A stretch of 64,000 nucleotides of DNA from the human T2T-CHM13v2.0 reference genome, Homo sapiens (GCF_009914755.1 NC_060932.1), one strand, 5' to 3'; counted from the stretch's first letter, positions 1-22,030 are shown. The notes: generated from the sequence alone by a model not told the origin. Made by a program: numbers and translations.

Positions 1-349
1 GACAGGAAACTGTTTATATATATTATACTATATAAACATTCAATAGCATGAGAAAGCTTTCTGTGTTTTAAAAAATCTTCAAGATACATTCAATAAAAAA
101 AATGAGATGCAGAAAAGTATGTGAGAAGAGAAAGGTAATGTTGGTAAACACATGAAAGGAAATACTCCCTTCTGTACACACAAAACTATCTCTCCAAGAA
201 TAAAAAACGAATTAATAGGACAGGTTTATGAAAATTAATGAATATGGGGACAGAAATAGAGGAAGAATTTGTACTATATCTTTTTAATCTTTCTAATATT
301 TGAAAAATGTGAATGCATTAAAATGGAAAAACTTAAATAATTACATTCA

Positions 350-806
<457 letters not shown>

Positions 807-2614
807 TCAGTGGCACATGAAACAAAAAGAACAAAATCTAACAAAAATGATAGTACAGTTTTGCACATGTTAAACACTTAAGGAATGCATAAATATCACA
901 ATGATTATGGAACTTTATCTTGAGAAAAACCTCAAGTGTGCTTTTGGAAGTGTATATCAGAAGGGTTGCGGCTTGTGAGTTATTGTGTAGAGGAGGAACA
1001 AGGAGGATCTGAAATCTGATGGACAGTTGTCACAGTAGATGTCAATGGGTGTGTCCCCTGACATGCATGGTGAACTGAGGTAGCTGGTAGGATATTTGCA
1101 TGTGAGTATTTTTGCATACTTCTATTCAGCTAGATTCAACAGAGTACAGTTGTCTGAGTTCACATTGTCTATGGTTGGGAGAGTCGGGTATAAACAAAGG
1201 CAAAATTCCACTACACTCAAACTGTTGCCTTGAAATGTCAATCACATTGGAACGAATTCAAGTTTTCAAAACAAGTGTTATTGAAGAGCTATTAATTTTC
1301 GCCATGTAATTTTTTTCACATATTAAACTTGTGAAAAAATTTTACTCTGTTGATTCATAAAGATTCTTAAAATTAGCATTAACGTTTCACACTTTAAACT
1401 CGTTACACATGAATTTGACTTTCACTCTCTAAATATTTGTGTATATCATTGTTACCTACACAGTGTCAATTGTGTTCTGAGAGTTGGAAATGAAATTGCA
1501 ATATAAACAATAAGGTATGGCTGGATTCCATTACTAGAATAGTGTACCAAATCCTTTATACATGAAATTTGAGGTGTACTTTCCCAAAACAATTGCTACT
1601 AGAATTTGCCATTACCTACATGGAACAGTGGATAGGGATGGAGGGACACATGAACACCAAAAAAGACTTTAAATAAAGAAACCACTTATTAAGTTACTAT
1701 GTTACTGGGTCAATGTTATGGTTTCTACTTTTTTATAGTTCTAAGAAATACTTAAAACTGTCACTTAATAATGATGCTTGTAATTAGTTACATGGCACTA
1801 TCCAAGGTAAAAGTTCTTGAACTACATCTTAATAAGAGAAAATGAAATGTAAAAAAAAAAATAGATTGGATAATGTAATTGCTTTGAGGAAAAAGAAATC
1901 GATTAACTCCATAAGCTCAAAGCAATAATAATAAAAAAGCAAACTTCTGGTCAGATTTTTTTAAGGTTTTAAAACATGTTCTATAAAGTAAAACATCTAC
2001 CATTACAGTTATTTGGAAAGAAAATTATTTTCTAAGACATATAGAATAAACATATAAATATTGACTAAATTCTTCTTGGTACTTTAGTTACATTTTTAGA
2101 GGAAGTTTCATTTGCAAGGGAATATGATCTGCTTGGCCAATATTCTTATTCTAGGCAATTTTGATGTAATGCACGCAACAAAAGTAAAATGAAACTATAC
2201 TGATATTTGACAAAAATCATGGATTAGTCAATGAATTCATCATTTTTTCTCAATTTTTTAATTGTTTAGACAATTTACTGTATAGAGGTATTACCTCTTT
2301 TAATCTTAGGGGTTTTCCTGTGTAAAAGTCTTGAAACGTTTAAAAACTATTTTGATTGTTATCATATTGATTATCTACAAAGATACAGTTCATATAGGTG
2401 TCTCCTGAACTCAGGCTCTTTAACTATGACCTGCAGGGCTGTATATTCTTCCAAGCAAAGTTATCATCATAGTAACATCTTAATTTTTAAATTTAACACT
2501 ATTTGATTTTTTAAACTATTGTTTTTATAATGAAATTAACAGATATACACTCTGAGGGGGGGAATGAAAAATTAAAATCACACTTCTGATAATATCTAAC
2601 TACTACTTACACTT

Positions 2615-2949
<335 letters not shown>

Positions 2950-3889
2950 ACACTTTATTTTTTGATTGAAGATACTTATGTTTGTATGCGTGTGTATTTG
3001 GGAGATACAAAAAAGAGAGACAAAGACAGAGAGATGTATAGATACACTGGGGTTTTTGGTTTGAACATTGAAGTCTCCACACTGTTAAACTTTGAACCTA
3101 ATTTTCAATAATTAGTGATTCATTCATGGTGATTTATAATGCAATCCGAGATCAGTGAATATCTATGTTGCTCACACATTGGTGTCTAGTGATGTATTTT
3201 TCACGATATGCAAACAACGCATAATTTGAAAAGCCAAGTTAAATACTCATCTGTGATTATTTCCTTTGGGTAGCATGTTAAGTAGAATTACAAAGCCAAA
3301 AGGAATACTGATTTCCCTTATTCAATAGATGGCATATCACTAAATATAAATTTGGCCTTTGTCTCACTGTCTTATCTCATTGATTTTTATTGAAATTGTA
3401 GGTGCATTTTTTTTCAGTTTAAGTGCAAACGATGTTTTATAGAGCAGATATCAACTAATAAAGATTCCTAAGGGAATATATACATATGAAATGAAAGGAT
3501 AAAGTATACATTTCCCATTAAAATTGTGAACACCCTATGATTATTTTGTCAAGAAATATCCAAGTTTTTCATGATATTAGAGTCATCTAACATGCAGTTT
3601 TCATAGTAATTCATTCCATCAAATTCTGAATATTCTGAAAATATGTATTGATGCCACATAGCCCAAACCATTTTTATGCCCCTTAATTATTAGGCTAAAA
3701 TAAGGTAGTGCCTCATTCAACAGATCAAAATTTGTCAAGTTTCTCTATAATTCATAAAAGTTAATTTTAATTTATAGAAAGTAGTGAAAGCACACATAGA
3801 CATACATAGACATCACATAGCTATTGTGCGGCACCTTAATATACTTTAATAATTTTTGTACCTTAAAAAGACATCAAGTTACAAGTTGA

Positions 3890-4264
<375 letters not shown>

Positions 4265-4403
4265 TAGTACACATTTAAAATGAGAAGATATTTGTTATTG
4301 TCAATAAATTAATTGACTAATGACATTTTGCTATTTATACCCACTCCTTCCCATTTGGAATTTAATCTTAGAGTTCATTGCCTTCATGCTGGTATTTGGT
4401 AAC

Positions 4404-4822
4404 TGATATAGTTCCCCACACAAATTTCATGTTGAAATGTAATCCCCAGTGTTGGAGTTGGGGCCTGGGGGGAGAAATTAAATCATGGGGGTGGATTTCT
4501 CATGAATGATTTAGCACCATCCTCTTTGTATCGTCCTTGCAATAATCAGTGAGTTCTCAAGAGATCTGATTGTTTAAAAGTGTGTGGCACCCCACTCTTC
4601 CTTTCTCTCTCTCTTGCTCCTGCTCTGGCCATGTAACATGCCCACTTCCTGTTCACCTGCTGCCTTAATTGGAGTTTCCTCAGGCCTCCCCAGAAGCCAA
4701 GCAGATGCCAGCATCAAGCTTCCTGTACATCCTGAAGAACCATGAGCCAATTAAACCTCTTTTCTTAAAAATTACCCAGTCTCAGGTATTTCTTGATAGC
4801 AATGCAGGAATGGCCTAATAAA
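4404..4822. mobile_element. MST-family MaLR solo LTR (MSTB-like)
   Basis: TGATATAGTT...aaatgtaatccccagtgttggag...ccagtctcaggtatttc...gcaatgc...cctaata termini. Confidence 0.85.
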
Positions 4823-6809
4823 ATAACCAAGCTTCAAATTAAGCCCTCCATTTTGCTGTCCAGTAGCATAAGGGAGCAGACTACATCTTCTTCCCTGCCC
4901 GTTTGCTATGTACTTGTAAATTTCAACCTACAAGGCAGGGTTCCTATTCTGGTACACAGATATAATTCAGTTTGTGATCTTGAAATAAAAAAAGAAATTA
5001 CACCTTTATCTTCACTGATCTACTAAATAAAATATAGTACTTTTTTCAACCATAAAGATAGGCATAAATAATTTCTGATTTTGTCATTAATAAAAATCAC
5101 ATATATTTTAAGGTCATGTTTAAACGTTATGAATATCTCATAATATTGCTTATAATCACTCCTTTTCAAAATTACCAGAATTAATTAGCCCCCTGCTTAC
5201 TTAATTATTCAGTAATGTGTATATATGTATTAGTGTATATTAATGTACATATATGTATATTATTATATAAAATATTTTAAAATATTTTGTAATTATTTTA
5301 TTACAATTAAGTTTCTGTGTGCTTCATTTTATACATTTAAAACCATCTCTGAAAAAGAGGCCATAGACTTCAAAGAAGTCCTGGATTTCTCTACTGACTT
5401 TCTCTTTAATTAGCTTAGTGTTAATTTGCTAATTGGGATTACAAAGTTGTTATATTCCCCAGATAACATATCTCATTCTAATAAATTCTTTCTGGAGATA
5501 CAAAATCTTAACTCAAGGTGGTGAGGAAGACACTTGCAGAATAGAAAAACTTTAGGGTTCCCTTTAATTTATACCATATTATTCTATGTAATTGTTTTTA
5601 TATATTTATCTACATATATCTCACTGGTCTTGCCAGAGCACAGAGGTTCATTGCTATTATGACAGGTATGCTAATAGTGACAACAAACGTTTGGATCTGA
5701 TGAGAGTTTAAACACAGGTTTCTTGTTTTGTATTTTACAATACAATTCGTAGCTATGAATTTGAATGTAGAGGATATATACTTTTTTCAAGACTAATAAA
5801 ATTATTACACATGGGGACTTATTAAAAGTTGGAAAAGTATCTGGCAGGTGTTCACTAGTTCCATTGTTCTGTATACTGAAGAATGAAATCTAATGTCCAG
5901 TGGCTATTTCTGTTCCCCAGTAACTTCTAAATCTGTTCTGAAATTACTTTAGAACACCAAGTTCATGAAGGTGATGACAGAAAGATATTTCTTAGATTTT
6001 ACAACATGTATATCTTCTCAGATCAATATTCCCTTATCTCCAAAGTCATCCTAAAAAAAGGAAGCAAGTCAATATTTCTTTCAGCCAAAATTCAAACTAC
6101 ACATTATACATTCTTTCTTAGCCTCATGTGCTTCTATAATTCTATAGAAGAGCTTTTTAAAACCTCGCTTCAACTATGCCTGCTTTTAATTTATAGATAT
6201 TCACAGATTAATACTTTGACAGGCGATACATTCTCATTTCCTTTTAAAAGAGAGTATTATCTGGTTATTTTACTGGCTCTTTTAGACAATGTTTTGCCCA
6301 TTCCCCACCCCCCCTCACTTGTAAGTGAAAAGGACAAATAAGATAAATCTTGCCTATTGGTCTATTTCCACAATCACTCATCAGGCTCCAGTATCAAGAG
6401 ACAGTGGGGGGAAGCTACATCTTCTCCTTAACATTCTTAAACGCATGGGAAGTGCAACGAGCCTTTTAAGGCTCTTTAAAATTACTTTCATTAAAATTGC
6501 TCCTCACTTTTGAGAAGACTAAGGATAAAAGGAAAAGAAAAATAGCAAAATAAAAAATAAGAATAAAAGACTAAAAAGCAGACAACATATAAAAGAAAGA
6601 CTATTAAGAAAAGCAGTGATGAGAGGGTTACGGAGAAGAGAACACAGTAAAATGTGTGAAAGTGGTTAAAATACAACACGACTATCTTCAGCAAACTACA
6701 ACTCTTAAATGTGAAGTGTTGAAAAATTAAATGATCTCCAAGGGACAGGGCAGAAGATGTATCCAAAAGCTTTAAGTTCAAAGACATTATTTAATTAACA
6801 AAAATATTT

Positions 6810-11078
<4,269 letters not shown>

Positions 11079-11917
11079 AAAAACAGCAGAAGAGAGAAAT
11101 TAAAAAGTGGAAGAAAAAGGAAAAGTAAAAACACAAAGAAGAATTAAAAAAAGATGAAGAACAACAAGTGAAATATAGATGGGAAATGAGTGAAAGGTGG
11201 AGGTAACAAAGTTAACAAAGAGCTACAATTATATCAAGAACCATACATTTCTAAAGCTAAAGTGTAATAAACAGAGATAGACTATACATGCTGGAGTTTG
11301 AGGTTCTGAAAATATAAAGACACTGTGTTTTGTAAAAAAGAGTTATCTAATAAAATTGAACTTAGTAACTTGTAAATTGAATTTATAGAAACTTAGTAAG
11401 TTTCTTGAATACAGATTTTTACACATTCCATTTATTTGTGGAAATCCTCCGTCCTGACAAAAATGTATTTGTTTTTGAGTATTAGTTTAATCTATTCAAA
11501 AAGTTTTGAGTTCATGTCTATAGAGCATGCTAATGTACCTCTATGAAAATATACTACAGAAATATTAGAAATCATCAGATGTAACTAAATTTAGACAGTA
11601 CTGTTAAATATTAGCATTTAAGGAAACTTCTAAGATGAGGTTCTTGTTCTTTTTCTAGAAAACCATTCACTCAACATAAGATGAAGTTCTTATGTTACTA
11701 CTATATTTACTTGGAATCAATTTTCCCAAAAGTGTCATAGTTGAGGAATTACGGAATTTAAAGAAGAAAAACACTCATATTTCATTATTATGTTGCTAAC
11801 TAAATGTATAGAATATGCAGTTTGGGAACTTTTAAAAACAACAAATAAATGTGCGTTGTTCATTCCTTTTACTAACCTGAACAGTTGCAGTTTATTTTTG
11901 GAAAAAAAAACACATTT

Positions 11918-13757
11918 TACAAAAGCAATTATCCATTTTTATTTTGTTTACATTGCACTGAAAATTTACATCATACTTTTACAAAGTTTCTTTTCATAAA
12001 AATATACTTCTTTACAAAAGTGTATGCATTAATATAAGAGGAGTAGCCAGTTGCAGAAGAAACATTGTTTAAACAAGATCTTAAATGTATTAGCCTTAAC
12101 ATTAATGAATGAATCATTGTTATTGCAGTCATTTGAATAAACAAGAATAAATAACTGATGGCATAAAATTTAAAACTGCATCCTGCCAGTAGAGTACCAT
12201 GTTGAGAAAATTGTATGAATTTCCAAAACAATGTATCTCAAAGTGGTTTACAAGAAATTCATTAAATGTTGTAGAGATAGAGCCAAGCAGCGCTCCCAGG
12301 TGCAAGGGTTTCTCTTAGGCACTCTGTCTCATGATACAAAAAGTCAAGACTGTTCACAGAGTTATCCATATTTGAAAGGGACAACAACAAAGAGTTAACA
12401 CTGGGTACATGATCGTATTCAATGAAGTAAAACAGCTATAAAAGGAAGACGATGACCTATTAAATAAAAATGCTGGCATTACTGTATGATACAGTTTAAA
12501 TGAGCCACCAATAACTTACAAATACATATCTTAATTTGACAATGAAAGAAACCTCTTGTATGTGAAACTTGGTGTTTAACAATAAAGGTACAGAAATTTA
12601 AAAATATATAAAAATATGATAAGTCCACAATTGTAGGCAATAAATTTATATTGGTGATTTATAATAATAATTTTTTTCAGTCATTATGTTTAGTGGCTAG
12701 ACCAAAATATTTTTCTAATCCATTGTTAAATGAAAATTAAAAGTGTCAAAATAATGCTAAATTTGAAGACTCAGCTGGAAGGAAATGTAGATATAAATAG
12801 AGTAGATTATTAGGACATTTTATTTGGTCGATCAAAAATATTGTAAAATAAAGGATGGTAAGTTTGGTGTCTCAGATAACTGCAAAATAATAATTTTTCT
12901 AGATAATTTCTGCCAGCCAAATGGTTTTTGGGTGAGGAAACATACTGAAGCTACTATCACATTTGGGATTAAAAAATAATAAAAATAAATAGGAAAAAAC
13001 CATATTGAAGCAAGGAGTGAAACACTACCCCATAGCTCACTGAATAATACTGGTTACTCCATAATGGGGGAATTGGGAGGGTAGCACAATGAACTTGCCC
13101 TTTGCAGAAACTATGACAACCAGTCTAAAAGAAGAAGAGCAATATGATGCTAAAGAAATAGAAAGATTCAAATTGGAATGGGAAACCTTATGTCTTCCGA
13201 GGCATAAACTAGCTCATAAACATTTAAAGTCATAACTCAATCTTAAATAAAGAAAACAATGCCTCATTTAACAAGAATGAATGGCAGATAGAGTGGTATG
13301 AAAGACAGATTTGTGGGCGTGATGTAGCTCAGGACAGTTAAAGAGAAGTCAGTGATCTATTGACTCTTGTAAGTATAGCTCTTATTTCTACCCTATATCT
13401 TTTTTTTTAAACCCAGTCCCTCTAATATAGTTTATAAAGCACAGAAATACTGATAGTGGATGCTCCTCCAATATATGCAAATAAGTTTATATTTTAGAAT
13501 AATCTCCTTTTTAAAAAAAGCAAATAAACTGTGAGTAAGCACTCTCAGAGTGCAGCCAAATTTCTGTAAAACTCTCCATGGTAAACATGAAGAATTATGG
13601 TCCAGTTTATGAAAAAACACTCTTCTGTATCATTCCTCAGGAAAAGGTGACCCAGCAAGTCCTGAAAAGTGTGCTTTAATTTGTTTAGCAGTGAACTAAA
13701 TGTGCACTGTTTTGTGTGTCGATTTCCAAGCTTCTGAAGAAGGCAAAGGTTGCCTCG
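11918..13757 (-). other. CSMD3: CSMD3 3' UTR (about 1.84 kb; cleavage site approximate)
   Basis: AU-rich sequence with no recognisable repeats between the stop codon and an AATAAA that has a downstream GU/U-rich element. Confidence 0.8.
11938..11943 (-). terminator. Polyadenylation signal AATAAA of CSMD3
   Basis: TTTATT on +. On the minus strand it is followed about 25-40 nt later by TGTGTTTTTTTTT (11902-11914), a typical CstF downstream element. A second AATAAA lies at 11891-11896. Confidence 0.8.
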
Positions 13758-13917
13758 TTATACCATTGTGCAAACCGTGTTCAAGTTGGGATCAAATCGT
13801 ACCGCCTTCCCTTCCACTGACTTTGCGTTGGTGTCATACATGGGATTTTCAAAAGCTGCTTGGCCATTGTTATTTTCATGAACTGAACATCCTGTATACT
13901 GTGTTTTAGGTGCAGTC
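13758..13917 (-). CDS. CSMD3: CSMD3 terminal exon, coding part (cytoplasmic tail)
   Basis: 160 nt, cag|G ACT...GTA TAA. TAPKTQYTGCSVHENNNGQAAFENPMYDTNAKSVEGKAVRFDPNLNTVCTMV*, the recognisable CSMD3 C-terminus. Confidence 0.97.
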
Positions 13918-14269
13918 CTGTTGATGAGAACATTGATTAGCTATGTGTTAACTTTCTTCCAGAAACAGCAGACTACAGCTCAAACATAATGTACATCGTT
14001 AGCAGATAATGTAACTTAAAAATATTAATTGAGACATCATAAACACACTAAGTCAACTTGAACAATTTCCTTGTTACTTTAAAAACCTGAGTGACTTTTA
14101 ATTTTACATATATTACATATTTATGTACAGCATCAATATTAGTAACATAAATATAAATAAATTATATGATGGCTATAATAAATTTTCTTACAAAATTAGA
14201 AATTATTATGACTTATCATTTATAGTATAAATAATAATGATGATGGATTTAAGTCTCATCACTATTTAT

Positions 14270-14650
14270 TTGTTCACCAAATATTTACTGAACATCTATT
14301 ATGCGCCAGTCATGATTCTAGGCATTGGGTATATCATTTTTTTAAAAAAAGACTAGTCTTTACTTTCAGGGAGTTCACATTGTAGTGATAGAAAACAAGA
14401 ATAAATTAAAATAAATAAAACCAAAAATAGTAGGTAATGAGAATTGTTATGATGAAAAGGAAAATGGTTAATATGAAAAGTAACTGGAAGCCACTTTAGG
14501 AGAGGTAATAGAACAAAGCATCTTTTAGGAGGTAACATTTAATCTGAAACCTGAATTATAAGTCGGTTCCGCACAAAAAGAGAAGGAGATTCCCTGAAGA
14601 GTACACAATTAATGCTGAGGCCTAATTTGGAAAGGTACTTTGGAGTATCC
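14270..14650. mobile_element. L2 fragment
   Basis: ttcaccaaatatttactgaacatctattatgcgccag...ctttcaggggagttcacattgtagt resembles the L2 3' end. Confidence 0.6.
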
Positions 14651-15384
14651 CAAAACATGAATGCTCAATTTTATTTTTTAAATGGTATACATTAAAGCAT
14701 GCAAATTCAAAAATTCAAAGAAGAAATGGCTACTCTCATACTCAAGTCATGAAAATAATTTCTAAAGGACTACTAACAATTAGTTAACCAGACACATGAA
14801 TTCTGGGTTGGCTGGTAGAGGATGCTGGTCTTGAAATTCTGATTCATTTGTTTATTTCTTCCACCTTTGACTAATGCTAATCTAGTTTATCTTTCCCACG
14901 AAGCATGTATAACTTGCTCACATTTGTAATGGAAAAAAGGCAGACTTGCTGCTATCTGTTTCTGGGGCCTAATTCCTAAAAGGGATATATCTTAAAATAA
15001 ATTTGTTTCTCAACTCTATTGTTTATACTGAACAATCGAATTTCAACTATTAATTTTATTATAATTTGTAATTGCCATTATATTATTTTATTATCACTAA
15101 TGCATTTTTCTGAATTTATCTATATTTCAAAAATATTAGGTGATTTCTACGATAATAATTGTAAAAGAAACTATCTTAGGTTTATTGGGAGAAAGCTAAT
15201 AACTTGCTCTTACTAAGTGTGTCTAATACTATAACTCTACTGGATCATATTTTTTTTCCAAACTAGATTTAAAATAAAAACCAAAGCAACATCATTGCCT
15301 TCTAATTAGGTAATAATCATGAAGATACAAAATAATTGCCCCTTCTTAATATTCAACAACTTGAAGGAAAATATTACCAAGTTT

Positions 15385-16580
15385 TAAAAATTCACACCAT
15401 GAATAAAATTTAACTCAAAATGAATCATAGCCCTAAACACAAGAGCCAAATTCATAAAACTCTTAGGAAAAACACATGGCCTTGAATTTGGCAATGGTTT
15501 CTTGGATTTGACATCAAAAGTACAAGTAAGAGGAAAAAAAATAAATTTAACTTCATCAAATGGAAACTTTTGTACATCAAAGAACACTCTCAAGACAGTG
15601 AAAATACAACCCACGGAAAGGGAGAAAATATTTGCAAAACATATATCTAATAAGGGCCTAGTGTCTAAAATATATAGAGAACTCTTACAACCAAATAAGA
15701 CAAACAACCTAATTTAGATATGAACAAAGTATTTGAATAGGCATTTCAACAAAAATGGACAAAGGGCCAACAAGCACATAAAAGGATGCTTAACATCACC
15801 TATAATTATGAAAATGGAAATCAAAACCACAGTGAGATACAGCTTCACATGCACTAGGATGGCTTTAATAAAAAACAAAAGACAAAGCCCCCCAAACCTG
15901 GAAAATAACAAGTGTTGGTTAGGCTTTGGACAAAGCAGAACCTTTATCCATTGCCGATAGGAATGGAAAATGCTGCTGCTGCTGTACAGAACACCTTGAT
16001 GGTTACTCAGTAAATTAAACATAGAATTGCCACATATTCCAGTAATTTCATTCCTGGGTATATACTGAAAAGAACTGAAAATGAGTGTTCAAACAAAAAC
16101 TTATACACAAATGTGTACAGTAGCACTATTCACAGTAGTTAAAAGGTAGAAACAACTCAAATGTCCATCAATTGATGAATGGACACATTCATCCATACAA
16201 TGGAATATTATTTAGCCATATAAGAGAATGAAGTACTGATGCATGCTATAACATGGATAAAATTTGAAAACATTTTGCTAAGTTTAAGAAGCCAGATACA
16301 AAATGTCACATATTGTATGATTCCATTTACGTAAAAAATATGCAGAATAAGCAAACAGATTTGCAGTTACCTGCAGCTGGATGAGGGGAGTGAGGAGTGA
16401 CAACTTAATAAGTACAGTTTCCCTTTGGCATTTTTGGGGTTCCAAAATATTTTGGAAATATACAGTAGTGATGGTTGCATGGCACTCTGAATGTACTAAA
16501 TGCCACTGAATCGTAGTCTTTAAAATGGTTAAAATGATAAGGTTTATATCATATCTATTTTACCACAATTTTTAAAAAGT
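15385..16580 (+). mobile_element. Old L1M (L1MB-like) ORF2 end and 3' UTR
   Basis: Decayed ORF2 C-terminal peptides (KIQPTEREKIFAKHISNKGLVSKIYRELLQ) and L1MB-type 3' UTR (tagtgatggttgc...aatgccactgaa...taccacaat). Confidence 0.85.
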
Positions 16581-16756
16581 TGACTTAGGTTGTCCTATAA
16601 ATAAATTTAGTGATGATTATTCTTTATCTATTAATAAAATCTGATATTGACTAGACCTAAGTAGCTGGTAATTCACACTCAGTACACATTTATATAATAT
16701 TAAATAAATCATTCTTAGATGTTGCAGATTGACCCCAAATGAAAATATCAATTTTG

Positions 16757-17072
<316 letters not shown>

Positions 17073-17742
17073 TTATAGTCATTTAATTATCTGGCTACCC
17101 ACATATTTTTTCTTGATAAGGGATTGTCCCAAATAGTGGGATATAGTAAAGCACTCACCAGGATTTGTAATGGACTGAGAGAACAGGATCTACTAATAAT
17201 ATGTACAGCTATATATTAGATCTATCACAAATATATTAATTGCAATTCATCAAAAAGCAACAGAAGATGAATGAGAAGATTAGAGGATTTTGCCATCTGT
17301 CTGCCTGGGTAAAATCAGTTAGTATTTTTGTGTGAACTAAGAGGTTTGGACACAAGCTCCTTCTTAGTTTTCTAAACATATCTGGCAGCAGATATTACCT
17401 CTCCAATTTAAACTTTAACCTAGATTTTCTATCTCTAAAGTCTCATTATAGATAATGTAGAAATAACTTTTACAATTAGGTCCATGCCAGGAAATTGACA
17501 GGCAAAAGAAAGGTTAAACTGAATGCTTGTGCAATTTAACAGAGCACTTTTGTTATGTTGTATGTAATGTTGCAGGGGTGGTTAGGGGAAATAAATTTTT
17601 CAGTGTCTATGACAATAGTTAGCACACAGACATTTCAACAACTCAGAAGAAAATTTGAAATTAAGATTTGAGCTAGAGCAGTAGAAATAACATGAAAAAC
17701 AGATTTGGGAAACATTTTGTAGTTAAAAATCAATGAGCTTAC

Positions 17743-17878
17743 CTTTGTTTATAAAGATAAAATCCAAATCCTGCAAATATAAGTGCAAAAAAAGGCACAA
17801 GAATAGCAATGGCTACAGAACTACTATTTGTACCATGAGGTTGATTTGAAGAATTTGAACCTTCTGACATATTCAGTC
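17743..17878 (-). CDS. CSMD3: CSMD3 coding exon (probably exon 70), transmembrane helix
   Basis: 136 nt, phase 1/2, ttttgtag|GA...AAAG|gtaagc. GLNMSEGSNSSNQPHGTNSSSVAIAILVPFFALIFAGFGFYLYKQR: hydrophobic helix followed by a basic stop-transfer. Confidence 0.97.
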
Positions 17879-18383
17879 CTACAAAATAAAAAATAAATTA
17901 TAAATACACAACTCTTTTATCATAATTAATTTCTACTCCCATGAATCAATTAATTTCTTCTATTCTCAAGATATCTACCTGGAAATCACATAGTAAACAA
18001 AAATAATTCATGAAACTCCTTCAACTCATTTCACATATGTTTGCACAGTGCCTCTTAGAAGATATTTTTCCAGGAAAGGGTACAGACAAAAAAATAGGCA
18101 GAGCCCCGAACTAAGGAGTTTATACAATAGTGGGAAGACATATGGAGTATATAATAAGTGTGTATATCAAGCATGAATAAATGGTCAATGTGCTTTAGAA
18201 AGGAAAGGAGTAATTCTGGAGGATATACAACATAGGCTTGGCTTGAAAAATCATCATGAGGCTAGAAATGGGAAGGTAAGTGGCTTAGGTAGTGGATGTG
18301 ACAAGCACTGACATGAAATAGGAGTGGGAGGTTAAAAGAATAAACTATGGCTAGACTCTAAAAGGGAATAAATATCATTCTGA

Positions 18384-18715
<332 letters not shown>

Positions 18716-19493
18716 AGAGTTACTATCCACCTCAGTGAGGAACAACTGAAGGTGTTTAGAAATAAAAGACCCAGTGATATGACATGAGATTTAGAACATA
18801 GCGGTAGTAGGATGGACTTCAGGGAATACAGACTGGAATCAGGTGTAGTTAGAAGATTGTAGTGACAGCCGAGATTAAAAAAAAAAAAAAAGGAATTAAA
18901 ATTTAAACTAGAGAAATAGGAAGTGCATGGGACAATAGATTTGAGGAAGATTTCATAATGAAAATTAGCAGAACTTGTTTATGTGGATGTAAGAGGCAAG
19001 AAGACACAGGATTACAAGTATTCTACTTGAAGCTCAGTAAATGCCGATGGCATTCGCAGAGTTAGGAAATAAGAAAAGCCAAGCTTGTCGACACATTTGC
19101 ACAGGAATGAGGGAAAAAGAAATACCAGTTCTTTCTTAAAAGGAAATAGTTCCTTTTTTGTGGGTTCTGCTTCAGACTTGTAGTGTTTGAGACACTTTGG
19201 AGAATATTACATGAAAATATTCAGCACTAAATTATACAACTGTGTAAATGCACTATGTTAATGAGTGTTTTTACCTGTTTTTAAGACAAACACAGGTAGG
19301 ATGTGATGTAAATGGCATCTTATTACTTTTCATGTAGAGAAAGCTAATTTCTCTTTTTGACAAACAGTTACATTTAACTAAACCTCATCTTTGTCCAGGT
19401 TAAAGAAAATTAGTATCTTATTTTTTACCTTATTTTTCCTGTGACTTAGTACTGCTATGTAAAAGTTCAAAATTTTTTAAAAAGTTCATTTTT

Positions 19494-19819
<326 letters not shown>

Positions 19820-20531
19820 TCATTTCTTAAAAGATAAATGTCAAATAATAATTTTTAGAGCCTGAATTTATTCTTTGTGTATCCCTGTCACAGTATAATA
19901 ATGGGAGACAGTGGATCATAGGAGAATTATACACCAAAAGCTATGTGTATAAACACATTCTTGCCAGACCATTAAAGGTTTATATACATATAGAAGAGTT
20001 GGAAATAAAAATGACAAAATTCTTTGCTTCCCACTGCAGAAAATTTACATATTTGAAGAGAACCAAGTCCCCAAAAGGGGCCCATTCCTCAAAGTTATTT
20101 TCTCTTTCCAGACTCTGTGAGTTTCTCAGAGTGTCACTACATTTTCAGAAGAATGAAAACTGCGACAATATTCAAACTGAAGAAAAGTAGTACAGTTCTC
20201 ATGAGATACAATAAACTAATTTACAGTTTAATATTTTCTTTTTTATCTATATCACTTTTTCTCCTTTTTATGTGCTTAAAGGCAAGCCAGTTTGTCATAT
20301 TTATTAGAAATACCATGAAAATCTAAACACTGTACAGAGTTGGTACATAAAGATCCAGTATTTTGAAGAATGTGATTATTTAAAAGGGCTATCAAAGGTA
20401 TCAATGCATAGTTCTGGCAGTACAGAATTTATAATGCAGTAAGTGTACCTAATGTACAGAATCCACAGTCTTTTTTTTATGATGTCTGGGATAATAACAG
20501 AAGTTCGTGAAAATCAAAATGAATACATTAC

Positions 20532-20619
20532 CCAGTCTTTGTAGGCCAAATTGTCCATAATCTTTGCCTTGAATAAATCCTTGAAATACATAAGTAGCTC
20601 CATCAGGCTCAGCAGAAAC
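20532..20619 (-). CDS. CSMD3: CSMD3 coding exon (probably exon 69)
   Basis: 88 nt, phase 0/1, ttttag|GTT...CTGG|gtaatg. VSAEPDGATYVFQGFIQGKDYGQFGLQRL. Confidence 0.95.
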
Positions 20620-20954
20620 CTAAAAATATTTAAACAGCCAAATATACTTGAATACTGGCCATAGCTATATTTTCCCAGCCTTAATAAATACACAATTTTA
20701 TTCTGAAAGAAATATTATCACAAGTTCCTTTCTTCTATATTTTTCTCCTTTGCAAAATATAGCACATTGTGAAAATTTTCCATCATTAAAAGCAAAAGTA
20801 AATTTTCTAATTTGAAATAATTATGATATACAAAACAGAGATTGGTTATTAATGTATGATATAGACATCTGCTGTCAATAAAAAGCAATGACATGAGGAA
20901 ATACAGTGATCAATTAAAAATTAAAACATAAAAATACTGTACTTAGTAAATTCT

Positions 20955-22030
<1,076 letters not shown>

